This document shows, piece after piece, positions 34,851 through 48,583 of a DNA stretch of 64,000 nucleotides (position 1 is its first letter; every line of letters begins with the position of its first letter). Under the pieces are notes generated by a model. It was not told the origin of the DNA. It did not search any database and saw only the letters and a list, made by a program, of their open reading frames with translations. The DNA comes from Zygnema circumcarinatum SAG 698-1b (Eukaryota; Plantae; Zygnematophyceae). The stretch spans positions 2,108,001 to 2,172,000 of the forward strand of contig CM074813.1 in the NCBI GenBank assembly GCA_037447605.1, read 5' to 3'. The position numbers were made by a program, and so were the translations under genes.

Positions 34851-37808
34851 ATGACGAATGCGGGTGAGCATTCTCAGGACGACAGCCGAGGTACGTGCAA
34901 AGCTTGAGACCACGCTCTTGCGCAAGTCGTAAGCTTTGGCACGAGGTTCGGCTCTTCATTATCTCCCAATATTTTTTGCATTTTCAACTCAACCTAACCA
35001 TGGCATTATGGGAATGGTGCGAAATTTGTATGGGCTTACGGAAGACAGCTGCACTGCTACATTAGGCAAATCGAGAAGGCGAGAAGGTCTTGATTTTTTA
35101 TCTTCATATATTATGTGGGAGGCTCGAACACCTTGAATCTTCATCATAATGCGGAATTTTTTTTATCACAAACAGAAATCTTGTTGTATAACTGACTTCC
35201 TTCATTTGCCTTCTTTTCATTCTGGTGTCTGGTCTGTCTGGTTTTAAGTCTATTCTTACTTTTTGATAACACAGGCTTATCAAAAACGGAGAGTCTATGG
35301 TTTGCTCCGACTCCAAGCAAGCGATGGGCTGAAAAGTTCATTCTCTTGTACAGCCCAGTATGGATTATTTGGAGCCTCGGGATTGTGGTACAATTCCGGC
35401 TTTTTGAGGTCTGCAAACTTACCTCAGTTCGGAGCTTAGAGGCTCACCTGAAGAGGATGCTTGGGGAATGCATTGTGGGGTTTTTTTGCTTACTCTTTCT
35501 ATCGACCTTCACTAAACTTTGGCTTGCTTTTCATTACATGACGTATTGATGAGTTTAATTACATGACGTATTGATGTCTCACTCGCGTATGTTTGATCAC
35601 TCATTACAAATGATGTTACAATCAGAATGCAATCGAAGAAAATTGTTGGAAGTCATAAATCAGACTTCTCATGCATACTGCTTCTCATTTTGCACTACAT
35701 ATTCAATATAACCGTTTGGAAACAGGGACCGGAGGACTGAAACTCTCTACGCCGATCGTCACTACATAATCTATTCCGGGAAGCATCTTTTAGAATGGCA
35801 TTGTATAAAAAAAGACAATTTTATTCACGGGGTGTCTAGGTGGGTTGCTTGTTCTCAATTGTTTGTACAGCGCTTTAGCGAAGTGGAGTATATGGTTGTT
35901 GGCATTCTTGCTGCTTCTCCATGTTTCCTTGTTCCGTTGGCTATTTCTGGAAAGGTACTGTCCAGCGTTTGCCCGTTCCTCGTAATAATTCAGAACTTCT
36001 TCAAAGTAATCCTTTCCTTCATGCAAAAGCAGCTTCCAATGGAAAGGTTCCTCTAGTTTGTGATCGGTAATTTAACATGTTGAGATTCTATGATGATTGC
36101 GTTGACTTACATTATATGATTGGGCAAATTGCAGGCTGACAGGCACCGGCCGCTTCATGAACGTCATTGGGTAAAGGTGTGCAGTCTTGCATCTTCATCA
36201 ACTTAATTTGATTTAACTTTATTTGAGTGATCATGGAAAATTAAATCATCCTCGCTCTCCTTACATTGACATCTAGTTCGCATATTGAACTGTTTGCCAT
36301 GTAAATAGTTTACTCTTAAGTAAAGATTGATGTGTTTGGGTTGTTTGGTCTCGGGTTCTTTCCATCGATGTGGCTTCTCAATTTCCCTTTTCCCCCCTCC
36401 CCCGGAAATTAGGTTATTTTGGAAATGGCTGAATGGGACTACTTTGTTGATCACTCTATACAGGTCAATATATGGATCGCAATCATTAGCTTCGTAGGGA
36501 ACTATTTCTGGACTCATTATTTCTACACGCTCCTAGGAGCAACCTATACATTTCCGTCCTGGCGTCTTAACAATGTGAGATATATATCTCGCTCTCCCTT
36601 CCCCTTCCCCTTCCCCTTCCCCTTCACCTCTTCCCCTCCCCCTCCCCCTCCCTTGACACCAGATTCGACCTCCTTAGCTTATCGTAATTTTTACAGGTTG
36701 TTGTTTCACTTGCTTCTGTTGCGTTGTGTGAGTTTTGGCGACCGTGAAGGCGGGCGTACTCTTCAGATATAGAAATGTTTGAAAAGGGGCTGCCTGCCTG
36801 GGGGCAGTTCAGGCACCCAATTTGATTGCTATGCTGAATAAATGGTTTTATTTTTGTTCTTCATGGCAGGTGCCCATCCCGTTGTATCTTATGACACATG
36901 CTTACTTTTGCTTCTATCATGTCTTGAATAATGTTTTACTTCGGAGACTAAGGCACGCAATTTCAGGGATCAGCTCGTACACTTTGAGATGGTTCATTCA
37001 AGCTTTATGGGTTTTCATCTTCTCCTATTTTACTGCCTTCATGGAGACCTTGACCATAGCGAATGTAAGTATGAGTGGCAGTTTCGTTTGCTTTTACAGA
37101 AAATTGTCATTTTCATGTGTCATTGGAATTCCCCTGCTGTTCTTTTGCAAAAAAACACATTTCAGTTTTCAGTTTCTTCCGACGTTTTCTAACGTTTGAG
37201 CTTTCTCATGGTAAGCATTCGCCACCATTCATACATTTCTTAAGGTCGTTAAATTGCCGCTTTGCTGCGTTCCTTGGTGTGTGTACAACTCTGCAGTTTC
37301 CATACTACACATTTGTGGACAAGGGCGCCATGTACAGCGTTGGTTCCTTGTTCTATGCCATTTACTTCTTTGTTACATTTCCAATGTTCATAAGGTAAGC
37401 AATGCATTGCCAATCATGTCAGCCCAATCGCTTTTCTTACCCAGCAGGGCTTTGCAAGTACTTTCTTCTGACTCCCGTGTTGTTTAAAGCAGTCAACTTC
37501 TTCTCACCTTTGCTCCATTCTTTGCTCCACTTGGTCCGTCTCAGAAGTTCGAACTCTTGCCTGAATTGCGCGAATAAGACATTTGCCTCATACTCTTTCC
37601 TTCCTCTTCATTTTCTCCGAGCAGACTGGAAGAGAAGGTGGGGGAGCAGTGGAGCCTTGGGAGGACGGCAATCGATGCGTTGGGAGCAGCGATGCTTGTC
37701 ACCATATTTCTGGACTTGTGGCGCATCATGATCGGCTCCATTGTGGACATTCCGGGCCTGCCCACATATCAGGAGTGCCTCACTTACGGCCTGCCATGGC
37801 TCAAGTAG
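34851..37808 (+). CDS. CPI1: Cycloeucalenol cycloisomerase (cyclopropyl sterol isomerase)
   Basis: SLWFAPTPSKRWAEKFILLYSPVW, IWIAIISFVGNYFWTHYFYTLLGATYTFPSWRLNN, FPYYTFVDKGAMYSVGSLFYAIYFFVTFPMF, IDALGAAMLVTIFLDLWR and GLPWLK*. The first exon (34851-34890) is inferred from phase. Confidence 0.94.
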
Positions 37809-38602
37809 ACACCGGTCACAGTGTTTTCCATTCCGTTCCTTCACCATTGACCGAAGGTCACATGGGGTTGAAATTTTCAGTCTACCTCTGTTATTGGTTT
37901 TTTATGAGAGCATCTATTTCGGTCTTTAACGAGTTCAATGATGATGATGATGCCAGAAATATGAATATGTCAAAAAACGCGTAGTCATTAGTCCGTGACT
38001 AGGATTCGCTCTTCAGGAACTCCAGGCGCGAGTAGTAAATTGGGAGCAATTAGTAGCGAAGTGGCCACCCCTACCTTCAGATTTCCCTTTAGCAGCAGTA
38101 TCCATACTTTTAAGTACATATCACTGGTCAATCACGAGAACATTTTCTGAAATAGAGCAGTTTCGTCATTTCTAAGTTCATATAAATCAAGATTGAGTGT
38201 CAATCCAAACATATATACGACAAATTGCTTACTTTAATGCAATAGCCGCCTCTAACGGTTTGCTTTGGATCATCTCTATGCATGGAAAAAATGTAACCAT
38301 CCTTCCTCTAAAGACCCGAAAACCCTCCCGACCCACCCCGCTTTCCACATCATTCAATGAAGCGCCTCTCTATCCGAACGACACCATCCATCTGATGAGA
38401 GGTGACAGACGCCACCACAATCTGTCATCGTCCGTTACTCGTTGAAGGAGCGCCGTGTCCTCATATATTCCACCCCACCACAGTGCCTGTAGTCATGACA
38501 AATCCTCTCGCCCATGATAACAATGTTGCTTCAACTCAAACACTTGGAGCAGTCTATCTCCGGCTTAGTAGGACAGCATGAAAGGGAGGCCCTTTCCCTC
38601 TC

Positions 38603-41600
38603 TCAGTATTTCTCCCACAGCTGGAAGTCGGATCCGTGGTCAAGAAACCGCTCCCATCTCCCTACCAGGTCGTTCTGCTTGGAGGGGTTCCAGTCAATGT
38701 GGCCCAATTTCATCACCAAGCTGTCACCAACCAGGGCAACATATCCCTCCGCATTCGCTATAAAGATCTTCACCACACTCCGACAATGGATACCACAACG
38801 GTTCCGTGCGGCTAACAGTTCTGCGATCTGATCGTGAATACCGAATTCATAGAAGTGGTCATAGAACACCACAGGCTGTCAGCCACAGACACCGCATCCC
38901 CCCCATCCCATATATACCACGGGTTATTCCAAGTTTTGAATCTTTAAGAATAAGTCACCGTGTAGTCTTAGCTTTTCAACGAGTGAGTGAAAAAACTTGT
39001 TGGAAGTCTGAATTTCACGACGCGACATGCAGGGAGACTTTCTGAGTCGTGTAAAACGACAAGAGAGAGAGAGAGAGACACACAACGACAAGAAAGAGTG
39101 TTAGCCTTATTAAATATGTTAACTGGACGCTAAAAACTGAATACCCTAAGCTTAGAGCACCCTTATCATCAGGCATGCGTTTCTCCTGACAGGTTCGTCC
39201 TCTCACCGTGCCAGGATGCGTGAGAATATATGCATATCCTTGCATCAGTTTGTCCCTTGGGAACGGCCAGTGCCCCTGCATACGCCAACATTCCGCGTGC
39301 ATTAGTGGTTGAAAAAGCACAGCTCACCAACCGTGCTCTCTCCCTCCCCTCCCCCTTACCCTACTCCACTCCTCCCCGCATCCGTCCCACTGCCCGGACC
39401 CGCCCCCCCTTTCCCCCTTCCCCCTCTCCCCTCACCCCGCTCATCCCCACTCCCCACCCCCCCTCCCTCCTTCCTTCCCACTTATTCTCTATACATTGGC
39501 ATTGGAACAAGCTTAAAATGTTCGCAATACAACTACTGAGAACAAGAATGTTGTAAGACTAAGTCTTTCTCGCACCTGTGTGGAGCCCGTGTCGTGATTC
39601 TCAAGGAAGGTGACCGCGCGGGAGGGCCACCATCCCATGACTCCTGGTGGCTTCCCCTGGGGGTCGATGAGACGCCAGTATTCGTTGTGCAGAGCGGAAT
39701 GCAGAATGCCCTGGGTCCCATTCAAAGCCATGTTTTCAACACTCGACGAATCACATTCCCACAAAATTACAGAATGAAGGTCACCAAAACGTGTATTCTG
39801 GAATACGGCGAATGCCATAATCCAGCCGCTGCATGATGCCGGTTGAGATTGAAACGGAATGCTCAAAACCACGAGTTACTTCAGGAGAGGTGCCAGCGAT
39901 AGTAGTGAGGACTGCAAATTGGTGAAAAACAGAGAAAGAAAGGTTGGGAGGGACACCTTCGTTGTGACATCAAATGCCGATGATGAACCACCTGTCGCGT
40001 TGATCCAGTTGATTATTCTCTGTCGATGGGCATCTGTTGCTCCCCCAATATAGAATTTCATGAGCCGATTACGTCAAGTGCAAGACTCCATCACAACCTT
40101 CAAGACAGGACCTATGGCGCAGGACAGTCCCAGATAGTGGAAGTTTAGAACAAAGTTGAGATTGGAAAGAGAATATCGGGAGTAAGGGCCAAACCCTAAA
40201 ACCTAAATATTTCATTAAGTGGGCAACTTCACATGGAAGCCCAGTGGAGGCAAGACTTGGGCATCTCAAAAGCTTTCCCAACACCTGTTATGCCAATGGC
40301 TAAGGACTTCAGACTTTGCAAGAACGAAAGTTTCTAAAGTTCACTCGTACGGTATGTCAGGGAATTTTTATAGAAAAGGTTGCCGGTGGAAGTTTGTGTT
40401 TACTTTTAACAAAGATGGTGGAGCGAAAGAAGTCGTCGACAATTCTCTGCCCTCCCATTTCTCCCGCTTCTCCTCCCCTACTTCTGGCCTCCCTATTCCC
40501 CTCACTTCCCGCTCTTCTCCATCCTATCCTATTCTGATGTGCGGCAACATTGTATTACTCACCTTGATTGTAGCATATAGCACCTCCTTCATATGCCAAA
40601 CTGTCCCAGTATTCGCCAATGGAGAAAGCGGGGCTAGAAGCTTCGATGTACTCCTTCACATATCCACCCCAGAAACCTCTGAACAACTCCCACCCAAGCA
40701 CCATTGGAGACCCAAGAAGAGCGATATGAGGCAATGCCACACGTTCCCATTCCAAACATAACACACTTTGAGTTAGTCCTCCCCTGAAGAGCAATACCAG
40801 TTCTTCCCGAACTTCGTGTGGTTTCTAGGATTACCCAATGCTACCACATCACATCATTATGGAAGCGCTTTAGTACCTAACAAAATCCAAGCGCCAGCCA
40901 TCATAGCCGACTTCAGTACGCAGCCACCGGAGCCATTCCTTAATGTCTCGGCGTACAAAATCCTGAGAGTGATCAACGTTGGGGGCAGCATGGAAGATAT
41001 CCCCTGCAATAGCGCACGCAAAAGCTCCTCAGAAACACTCACATTCTAGAAGTGTGCCTAAAGCAACACCAGAAAACGAGGACTTTAATACATAGAATTT
41101 AGGAAATCATGACATCCACATGAGGCGTCTGATATGAGCGCTAAACTCTAAACAAATTCTGGGATTCTTTCTTGTGACACCAATAATTCGTCAAAACCAG
41201 CAGACCAATAACGAGGTAACTCGAGCTTCAGACCATCACTCATATGTTTGCCAACACACACATTTGGATTTCATGGGGTGCCCATTTACAGCTGCATACT
41301 ATGATACAATTCTACTTCTACCATTCGGTAAACCATGCTCGTTATCGAATCTATTGGATTTTGATCCAACAGTCATTTACAACAATAACAGATATGCTCT
41401 TGAATCAGCTCATATTCCTGTTCTGCATCTCTTGCTACAGCTCTCATTTTCTGGCCTACGCATCCTTTCGAAGCTTCAAACAAGTGATCGTACGCACAAG
41501 TGTGCACAACAAAGCAGAATATCTTTGAAAATTTTATTCACTCACCGGATGATGGGTTTCCCCGGCCATGGAAGTTGGGGTCGTCGCGGACAATGGCTTC

Positions 41601-44600
41601 AGGGCCCCAAGCAAGCTTTCCACCGAATAAGTTCCAGGTGCCATCTGGGCTCTGTGAAACCAACAGAACGGACTCGTCACTTAGCAAGCAAACAAACAGG
41701 GAGTCTGCAGCTTTCATATGTCCAAAACAGGCACTTCGAGCTAAGAGTTGAAAAGTTGAAAGTTGTTAAGTTGTTTCGAGTTGAAACGGCTGAATGGGTT
41801 CTCAACGGATGAGGAACAGAGAGCATACATGCTTTCATTCGTTCCGAGCAGTTGACACAATTTGCAGTGCTCATGCTTGGCTTTCACATTTCCAGTCATG
41901 CTCATGGCTATCTTTCTACAATCTCGATAGGCGCGTGTGTGTCTGCATTAAGGTGTGGCATGCTCGTATGAATAAGATAGACAGAAAAATGTACATCTGC
42001 GGTAGGTCCTGCCTTTACCTGCTTAGATGCACAGCGATGGTTCAGCACAACATCTCCCAACACCTGCAGACACAGCCCTCCCCAATCCAAGGCCCGAACA
42101 TTTACCAACGAGGAAACCATCTCCATCGAGCTGTATAGTGTCTAATGTTTGTTTACATAAATGTTATCATCATGTCAGCCACGTTTAACTCCCTTAAGCC
42201 CGTTGCAGTGAAAGCCTAGATGCTTATACACCAATTGAAAACATCCATATGCTCCGTCGGGACTCCCTATCCTGTCCAAGAAGGAGACAAGGCTCCACCT
42301 GAATGTCATGGTTGTGCATCTCGTCTATGCAGAATATAAGCTCCTCCATTGTGCCATATGAGGAGTTTAGATTGTACAGGTCAACGGGCATGTAACCTGT
42401 TCCTCAAGACATACCACATAGACACATGAGTCAAACATTAGAAGGAATGCAGCCTCCAGTATCAGTTATCAGCCCGTACAAATCGCAGCACAAAATTGTA
42501 GGAGTGCGTTATTGAAAGATATAATTCAAAATGAGTCAACCTAACAGAGGTGCATGAAGTGACAAAGGGTCTCAAATCTGACATGTACGTGTTGCAATAT
42601 GAAAAACAAACCTAGCCTAGCTCAGAAGTTTGACTTCAAACTACGTGCGCGAGTAGGACACCATGAGGGGACTCTTATTCCATGTGGCGCACTCATGCAG
42701 ACCAATATTAACCGCCACCAAAGCATCAGGTAACAATCCCAATCTTTAAAGTTCCATGAAGTGCCATAAACAACATTGCTAAGAAATGACGTGCTTGAGA
42801 AACACCCCTTCATCACTCTTCAGTTGGGGTCTAAATCATGACTGTTCATCCTTCACCCGCCTCAAATCTGTTTAAGGCTGATAGAAAAAAAAAATCACTT
42901 AATCGAAAACATGTCCAGTGTGATACATGAATGGTGCGAAGGACCAATCTAAGCCGCCAAGAGCCTTGCCTTGCGGGGAGACGGATTCTGTTGGAGGGGG
43001 AAGCCAAATGGTTGTGATGCCGCATGCTGCCATGTCAGCAGCTTTTGGAGCAAGTTCCAAGTACCACTTGCGCCGATGGCTCTCCCAGTTGAAACCTTGG
43101 AACTGTGGCAACCTCTCAAAAACGGTTTTCAGCCTCAACATGACGCAAATAACCGTTAAGTTGCAGTTTGCACAACAAACTTCTCTAAGTGCTTCGAACC
43201 TCTGTTTATCCAACAAGTGGGCTCAGGAGCTTTTGCATCAACGAAAATTCCTTCTACTGCATAATCATTAATTTCCGCCCATACGACAATGTGTTTGCAA
43301 GTCAAGAGTATGATATATCAATGCCTCTTGACGTTCTCTCCAGTAACCTTACAATTCAAATGTTACGATAACGGTAAAGCACAACGGGAAAATGTCCACT
43401 TACCACAATCTCTCGGCCCGTTCCAGTGCCGGATTCTGCAAAAGAGAGATTTAACCCATCCCAGATTAGCAAAACAAAAGAAAATTTTCAAATTCCATAG
43501 TTCTATGTCTCACAAATCTGATGCAACAATCTAACAATATCAGAAACAGAATGCAAACGTCTCTCAATCTACTGTCCCTCCTCTCTTCTCCACATCCTCA
43601 TCCTTTCCTGAAGTGGAACCAGAAGCTATGCTCGTTTGAATGCATTACAATGGCAAAGTCATATACAGGGTAAGCCACTCAAAGGATGACAAACTGCAAA
43701 AACATGAAATTCCTAGTGGCTTAGTGCCACATGTTGCAGTGCAAGTTCTTACGTTTGGGGTATATCATTAATTCATATTATCTTACCCATCTTGTCCTCC
43801 AGCTCTTCCGGTGTCTTGACACGTTTGGGCACCTTGCGCTGGAGAGTCTTCTCAAGTTTCTCGCGCTGCTGTTGCAGTTCGGTTTGCTCTTCTGCCTTTT
43901 TCGTGAATACATCATCCAAAATCTGCAGCTCCCAAAGCAACTCATTCACAAATATTTACACCAACAATCTGAGTGAATATATGAGCAGATATAGACATGA
44001 ATCGTTCTTGAGGATTGTTTCTCTGCAAATTCGCAGTGGTCTCTCGTCACGAGTAAGCACCCACATCTCACCTTATGGTCAGCAATCGACCACACTTCAT
44101 CGGGTGAGGGCAGCTTGAGAGGGATGGCTGCCTCCACTGGGACGTCGAGAGGCGCAACTTTCAGTGGTGGCAGATGAATGCCGGTTGTGCTCTTGCGCTT
44201 TAGCCACTCAGGACGTTCACGGCGGGGCCCCTCCGCAAGCAGCTTCCACTTCAGCTTGGGGTCGCCGAGCATCACATCCATGCGGCCGCCATTGAGCATG
44301 TCACCCACTCCACCTACTGATTGCTCGAGCAAACTCGAGCCCTTCTGTTTCAGCTGCAATACCAAAAGCGACTTGCTTCAGATGTTGTCAAGAATATACA
44401 TAGAAACCTGAGTCATGGATCCAAGGGAAGAGAGACAAGAGATGAACGAAAGAATGATGAGACAAGGACGCAGTGGGGGGTGGTCCAAGGGGGGTTGGAT
44501 GTAAAACTAACGACATAGCTTGCATTCCCCTCCCCTGTGCCGCACACTGTCCTTCATCCTTCATTCAAAAGAGAGCAGGTGCATGCAATGCGCACCTGTC

Positions 44601-47600
44601 CAAGAAGCTCTTCTACGGCATAGGCTCGTTGCTGCCATGCTCGAGCTGAATCCTCAGCCGCCAAGAGCGACCTTTCTAGAGCTTCAAACCTCCTCTGCAT
44701 TGCCTGCTCCTTCACCTTCTCTGCTTTCTGAGCTGAGAGAACTGCTGCCCGCAGGCTGTTTGTCTCTGCTTTGTACGCTAACATGGCGGCTTCTTCTCTT
44801 GCACCAGCAGCTGCCTGGAGGACGCAAGATGAACCAACAGGACGTCAAGCAATTAGTGCAGAAGCCGCATGGCAGAATTTCTGGTCATACTGTCAAACTA
44901 TCCTGTCAATGTCGATCGATTCCTCATATACTACCGAGACATATAACGATGCAAATATTTGCTGATACGGAGACAAAATGTGAGCAAGCGTTGCAGCAAG
45001 ACTTTTCACAGAACATACATTGAAAATAAAACAAAGAGCACTTCACTAGTGAAAGCTAGATGGCTCAAAGTAGGAAAAGCTGGAACAGCTAGCTAGTGAA
45101 ATTCTGGAAAGACCACCTTTAGGCATTTAGGAAAGTCAAGTAAACCAGCAACTTGAACTTGTGGAAGAAGACACCACTACACCTCACCTTCATCGATTCA
45201 AGAGCCCGTCTAGTGGCCTCCTCCCTCTCCTTTGCTGCCTTCTCATGGGCGTCTTGGATCTCCCTCAGAGCAAACTCATTGCTCCCAATACGGGATTCCG
45301 CCGCCTCTGCTCTCGCAAGAGCAGCCTGCATTTGAAGAAAGAGCCGTAAATATAATCCACATCGTCGAAAGCGGCAAGAAAATCAAGTGGATGCTTTTCT
45401 AGTGACTATACACAGCATGCAGTGGAAATAAGGAGAAAACCCTGGACACTCGCGCAAGTTTTAACTGAGATGCAGGTCACCTTCACTTTCCATCTACCTT
45501 TCAACCTCTGACTGGGACTCGGGTGGACTTTAAAAAAAGGCTGACATGAAACCACGATTACCTTCACTTCCATGCGTTGTTGATTCACCTCCATCTGTGA
45601 CTGTCGTAGCCTTGCTTCAAGATCACCGATAACTTCCTGCTTCTTTATCACTTCACCTTCAGCCCTGGCGAGCTCATCCAGCACTCCCATCCTATCCCGC
45701 AATGCTGTCTCTGCTGCCCGGGCCTGTTCTTTGGCCAACTCTGCAGCTGTCAAGGCATCTTCGATTGTCGCCTTCGCCTCCATGATCACTGCACCAGCCA
45801 GCGTTTGGAGCTTTAGGCTGAAAGGTTTCCATAATTTTCAAAATCTTCGGGTTAACAGCACTCTGCCTTCGGCAAGAAGCCTGAAGGCTGAGGCGCAGTC
45901 AATCCTGAAGCCCTATCGAACAGGCCTTTTTTTTTGGTTCTTTGCTTTCACTCGTCCCTTGCTTCCCTCGCCTTATCTTTTTCTAATGTGCTCATCTTCC
46001 CTGATGTTAGCTTATTTCTAGTTTCACTATCTATCGCCTGCATGACATAACTGTATCAACCAAACTTCATATAGCATCGTCTTCCCTGTGCTTTCAGTGC
46101 TCAAATAAAAAAACAAAAATCTTACTCCAAAGCAACTATGATTATTCACTCATCCATGTAATAATATTTTTCATATTCTTACGACTATTTTTTCAACCAA
46201 ACAAGCACACAGAAAACATCCCAGGCATGTCAAGTTGAAGACGTTTCGTTCATGGGCTAGCCCCTCCTCTAACAGCACCTGCTGCGGCTGCTTCATCTGC
46301 TGCTCTCCTGATTCGCTCTTCCACAGAAGCCGCCGCATTCACTGCCTCAGTTTTGGCCTCTGCAATTCTCAACTTCGCGTCCGCCGCAATATGAGCTGAA
46401 GCTTCTTGCACGGCAATGGACGCCATCCTTTCCACCTTCACTGCCAGGTCGATGGAGTCAGTCTTTGCCTCCATCAACTGCTCTTCCACAGACACCTTCT
46501 CCTTCATTAACTTCTCCAATTCTGCCTTGAATGTCTCCTTCGCTGACTCGACCTCTGCCATGGCCTCCTCTGTGGTGGCCACCATGTTCTGAGCATATGC
46601 GTCAGCCTTAGCATCTGCGATAGCTACTGCCTCCAAAGCAGTTAATCTTTCTGCTTCTGCCTTAGAAGCCCTTTTTTCCGCCGCGGCCAATGCTGCTTTC
46701 AGAGTAGCAATGGTCTCATTGGCAAGTACAAGATCTACGTTTTTCGCAGATCCATTGGTCTCACTTGTTGAAATAATGCCTTCTTTTGTTCCACCCTGCA
46801 TTCCATATATCAAATATCCAAAAATGCTCAAGAGTTACCCTCAAGGGTTGTGAAAGCTGAGAGTCCATACTTGAAAGAATGTCAAGTCCAGCAAATATAT
46901 TATGTGAATACAAGGCACCAAGAAACCATACTTATTTACCAGCACAAACCTTGACTATTCTGCGGTCACGTCCCATCAGATGACAGAATAGAATGCTTGC
47001 ACTTCAAGTTGATGGGGCAGGCTGAAATGCGGCTCAATTGCTTTATGATTACCTCTGTTGCTTCAGCCACTGTCGTGTGCCTGCTGCTGCGTCTGTTACT
47101 TCCCTCAGCAGAAGGAACAAGAACTCGTAAGGCCCTGCACGATCCCACACACACTTGTCAAAGGTGCAACTTTGAAAAGGCCCTAAGCACTGCAGAGCCA
47201 ATCAGAGTTTTTGCCTCCTTACACACGAATCTCAATAAGAATGCAACCTGTCCAGAGAGTTATATTGGCAAAAGTTATGTTCGAAAGCGACAAGGCGCAA
47301 GAACGCTGTAATACTATAAGACGCCGCACCTGCCATTGAAAAACGTGCTGCTGCTCTGGGAAAGAAGAACAACTCCATCCCTTTTACTCGCCAATGCACA
47401 GCGCTGATCTTGAATCTGCTTATGCTTGAAAGCTGCTTGCACGTGAACCTGCTGATGATTGGAAAATGGTGAAAAGCTCGCAGACATCAAAGTCTGCGAG
47501 CCTGAAGGCCTCCCTGTAGAAGAACTTGCAGCATTGAGACGAGGAGACAGTGCACAAGGAACTGCCATTTGGCCCGCCACAGTCAAACACTCCTGCATAA

Positions 47601-48583
47601 AATCCGACCAAAACAAGCCAAGTATTTATGATTGGCACTTAGCGTGTAAATAGGAGATCATTCAGATATCATATGGTTTTCAAGAGTTCCTACGGCAGGT
47701 AAGAATGACTTTAGTATATAAAATGCGACCTTGTGAGACTGCACTTTCAAAGATGGAAGTAAGGAACAAATGAGTGAGCACTGAGCAAGACAATCTTTCC
47801 CACAGCTCGTTCCAGAATTTCCGCCCAGAGTCGGAACACTTCTACTGCAATGGAGAGAGATTCCAAGAGAGGAAAGAGTGAAACTGCCACAATAAACATA
47901 GAAGGAACCCACCAAGTGGCAGTAATTCAGTTTCGCTAAGCTAAAAAGAAAAAAACGTAGCCTCAATGCAAGTGAGAACGGATCCAAAAATAACCAGCAA
48001 CATGCTCCCTTCGTACAGGCCCTATATTTCTACAGCTTGACCTCCTTCAGTCACTCCATTCTGCAGACTGCTAACAACACAACGTATTGTATAGATAAGA
48101 GTACAGCACGAGACTTCAGATCCACAATTCTGTTCACATTCCAAAACATCCCGCCTGATAGCTACTGATCTGCGGCAGTGGAACACAGACTGCCAAAAAG
48201 CGTAACAATGCCAACACATTGCATGCGCAAATGCACAATGTGATCAATCTGCCTCTTTGCAATCCCAAAGGCTGTCAAATATCCACACTATCAAATCATA
48301 CAGATCACTTTGGAACCACATACGAAACATCTGATCGATAATTCTGATCTCTCTTTAACTCCTTCTCCCATTCTCATCCCCCTACGGCGCCCACTCCTCT
48401 CCCTCGCTCCTCCACCGCCTCGTACCTCTCCCCACCTCTCCCCTTTCTCCCGCTTCATGCCCCCCCGCTCTTTCCCCCTCTCTCCATCCCTCCATCTCCC
48501 TCCTATCTCTCCTCTACTTCCCTCCATCTCTCCACACAAAACCAGCGAAAGCAGGGCGACAGCTGTTGCTCCGGCCTCACCAT
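38603..48583 (-). CDS. GH13 alpha-amylase with a long N-terminal coiled coil (plant plastid-type); 5' end uncertain
   Basis: Catalytic exons [34 protein letters not shown]|[36 protein letters not shown] and [12 protein letters not shown]|GHWPF; Ala/Glu/Lys-rich coiled-coil exons at 43.8-46.8 kb. The ATG at 48583 (GCCATGG context) is tentative. Confidence 0.9.
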
